Assembly: GCA_051294375.1 (NCBI GenBank)
Contig: CM119268.1
Coordinates: 20,068,531 to 20,132,530, forward strand
DNA from: Paraspadella gotoi
Taxonomy: Eukaryota; Animalia; Chaetognatha
Reading direction: 5' to 3'
Length of the DNA stretch: 64,000 nt
Shown here: piece by piece, positions 61,831-64,000 of the stretch
How the letters are laid out: each line of letters opens with the position of its first letter
Position numbering within the stretch: the first letter of the stretch is position 1
Position numbers and translations under genes: made by a program
The notes under the pieces: generated by a model
The model's input: only the letters and a program-made list of their open reading frames with translations
What the model was told of the DNA's origin: nothing
Databases searched by the model: none

Positions 61831-63857
61831 TTCTATCTCAAATCTCTTATTTTGGTACCAAGGTAATATTTCCAAGGTTTTGTAAAGATATTCCAACCCG
61901 TCCCATAGGAAGCTTGCCAGACTACCCTCACTCTACATCAGATATCAAAAATCCTTTTCCTCTGAGAGCGTGGAGTTTCATTCATTTGCATATTCAAAAA
62001 TTGACCAAAAGTCTCAATTCCTCGTTCTACTATATTACATTTTTTAAAGCGAAAAATGTCAAGTATAAAAAGCATTAATAAAAGCACCATTAATAAAGTG
62101 TTTAATGCGTAAACAGTCAAGGTTTTATTTTCCTAAAACTTTATAATAAGTATTTAATGCTTAATGTATAACATATACTCAAAGATGTATAATTATAATG
62201 TTTTGAAGTAAAGGGTAGAGGGACCACATTACTAAATAAGAAGAAAAATCTATATATAATTTAAATAAAGAAAAGAAAGGAAAAAAAGTTACAATTGTTT
62301 ACAATTGAAAATTTTTACAATTTTTTCTAATCATAGCTTGTAAAAGCTTTTTATTTTATTTGTATTAAAATTAAGATATACTCTCATTAAAAAAGTCTTT
62401 TGATTTCACATGTTTTTTATTAATTCAAAGATTTGTTTATGAATTTCATTGTCAATATTATTTACTGCAATATGTAAATTAGATTAAAGCATTTCTATAT
62501 ACTAATTTGGATATTATAATGAGTACTGTAATCTCATTTGCATATTGCAGTAAATTATAATGAAGTGGAAATTCAAACAAAAAATACTTAAATCCAAATG
62601 TAATATTAAAATTTCAGAGCTATTTCAAGATGAGAAGCCATATCTAAATTTTTAACTTGATCGCATACTTTTATAAAACTTCATTGTAATTTATAATAAT
62701 TTTTATTTTAAAAAACGGTAAGTCCCAGCCAAAACTATAAAAGCGTAGTAGTGATGACTACGCCGACGTCACAAAGCTCACCCGAATCAATATCGAGCCT
62801 GAACCGGCTTCGCCGGAAGGCTCGATAATTAAAGAAAAATCTAAAATTAAAAATTTTACTTTTTGGGAAGTTGTACGGTAAAATAGAAAGGAAAATCTAT
62901 GCAATAACACACTCTTTTGAACTGTAATTGTAACTAAAAAAAATCTTAAAGTATAAGGATCTCGCCGAAGAATAGTATTATTGAAAAAGTACTATAATCT
63001 AATTTGCATATTGCAGTAAATCACAATGAAGTTGAAATTCAACCAAAAAATACTTGAATCGATATGAAACAAAGAAAATGGGCACACATATCAACTTCCT
63101 CACTGCCTCACTAATGAAACTTGATAACTAGATACGTTGTTTGGTAGTTAAACCATAAACCGGCAAAAATAGGCAGTAAAAAAATGATCGGCATATAGCA
63201 TACAATCTGGCATATTCAAATTGTTAAAAAAAATTTAATGTTTTTTGATCAACAACATTGGACAGAGCATGAAAAAGATTTCCTCTGACAATAAAATCTG
63301 TATTAAATATGTTATTTATTTTATTATTTATTTCACGCAAGAGATCGTACAGAGAGAGACAGAGAGAAATAGAGAGAGACACTGCAGAGTCTGAACTCGT
63401 TTTTTCAGAAAGAATTTTTTTTGGATTTTGTATTGAAAAAAAAGCGCGGAATAAATGGCGACAATAAAAGTTTTTAGAGGGAAAAAAATAATCAGAATTT
63501 TTCAAAAATTGAACATTCACGCATGAGATCGTACAGAGAGAGAGAGAAACAGAGAGAGACAAAGCTGGACAGTTGCTGGAAGGCCGCTGTACAGTCACTG
63601 CAGAGCCTGAACTCGTTTTTTCAGAAAGAAAAAAAAATATATATGTATAATTTAAAGAAATAAAAAAAGTCAAAAATATGTTATAATTGTTTACAATTCT
63701 AGTTTTTTCCAATCATAGGTTGTAAAAGATTTTATTTTTATTTGTATTAAAATTAAGATATAGCTTTTCATTATCCATGGTATATCCTTTCTTTTCGTTG
63801 TTGTATAGAGATTTACAAGGAAATTTGAATTGTTACAACGATTTTATTATTAATAAG

Positions 63858-63905
63858 TTGCAGACATGTTTTGACTCAGAGATTTTCGAGTCTTCATCAG
63901 CGCTT
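63858..63905 (-). ncRNA. Hammerhead motif with a core mutation (GAAA to AAAA), probably inactive
   Basis: Minus strand: gcg CUGAUGA a GACUC gaaaaucucu GAGUC AAAA CAUGUC ugc. Confidence 0.7.
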
Positions 63906-64000
63906 TTGACAACTTATTAATAATAAAATCGTTATAACAATTCCAATTTCCTTGTTAGGGGTAGCCGCACTCAATGGGGTGAGTCAAAAATTTAGAGCGA

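Overview
AT-rich, microsatellite-rich eukaryotic (animal-like) DNA made almost entirely of nested transposable elements. I found no convincing host gene, and there are four N-gaps. Bases 630-16887 hold two decayed minus-strand Ty3/gypsy-type retroelements. Element B (RT, RNase H, long spacer, integrase, then env, then 3' LTR) carries a chuvirus/herpes-gB-like glycoprotein env and sits against the RNase H region of element A. Both A and B have unusually long RNase H-to-integrase spacers. Other contents: an LTR family whose LTR contains a tRNA-like A/B-box head (two solo LTRs with 4-bp TSDs plus one PPT-linked stub); three minimal Penelope-type hammerhead ribozyme motifs; a DIRS tyrosine recombinase relic; an 8.85-kb hAT element with a perfect 8-bp TSD filled with nested insertions; three DINE-1/Helentron-like families; a near full-length Gypsy with a GGGAAAC frameshift site; a tRNA-Gly-like SINE; TTAA-flanked DNA elements; an RLE LINE tail; and a deleted BEL/Pao copy. 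All calls come from reading motifs by eye, without database searches, and many boundaries are approximate.
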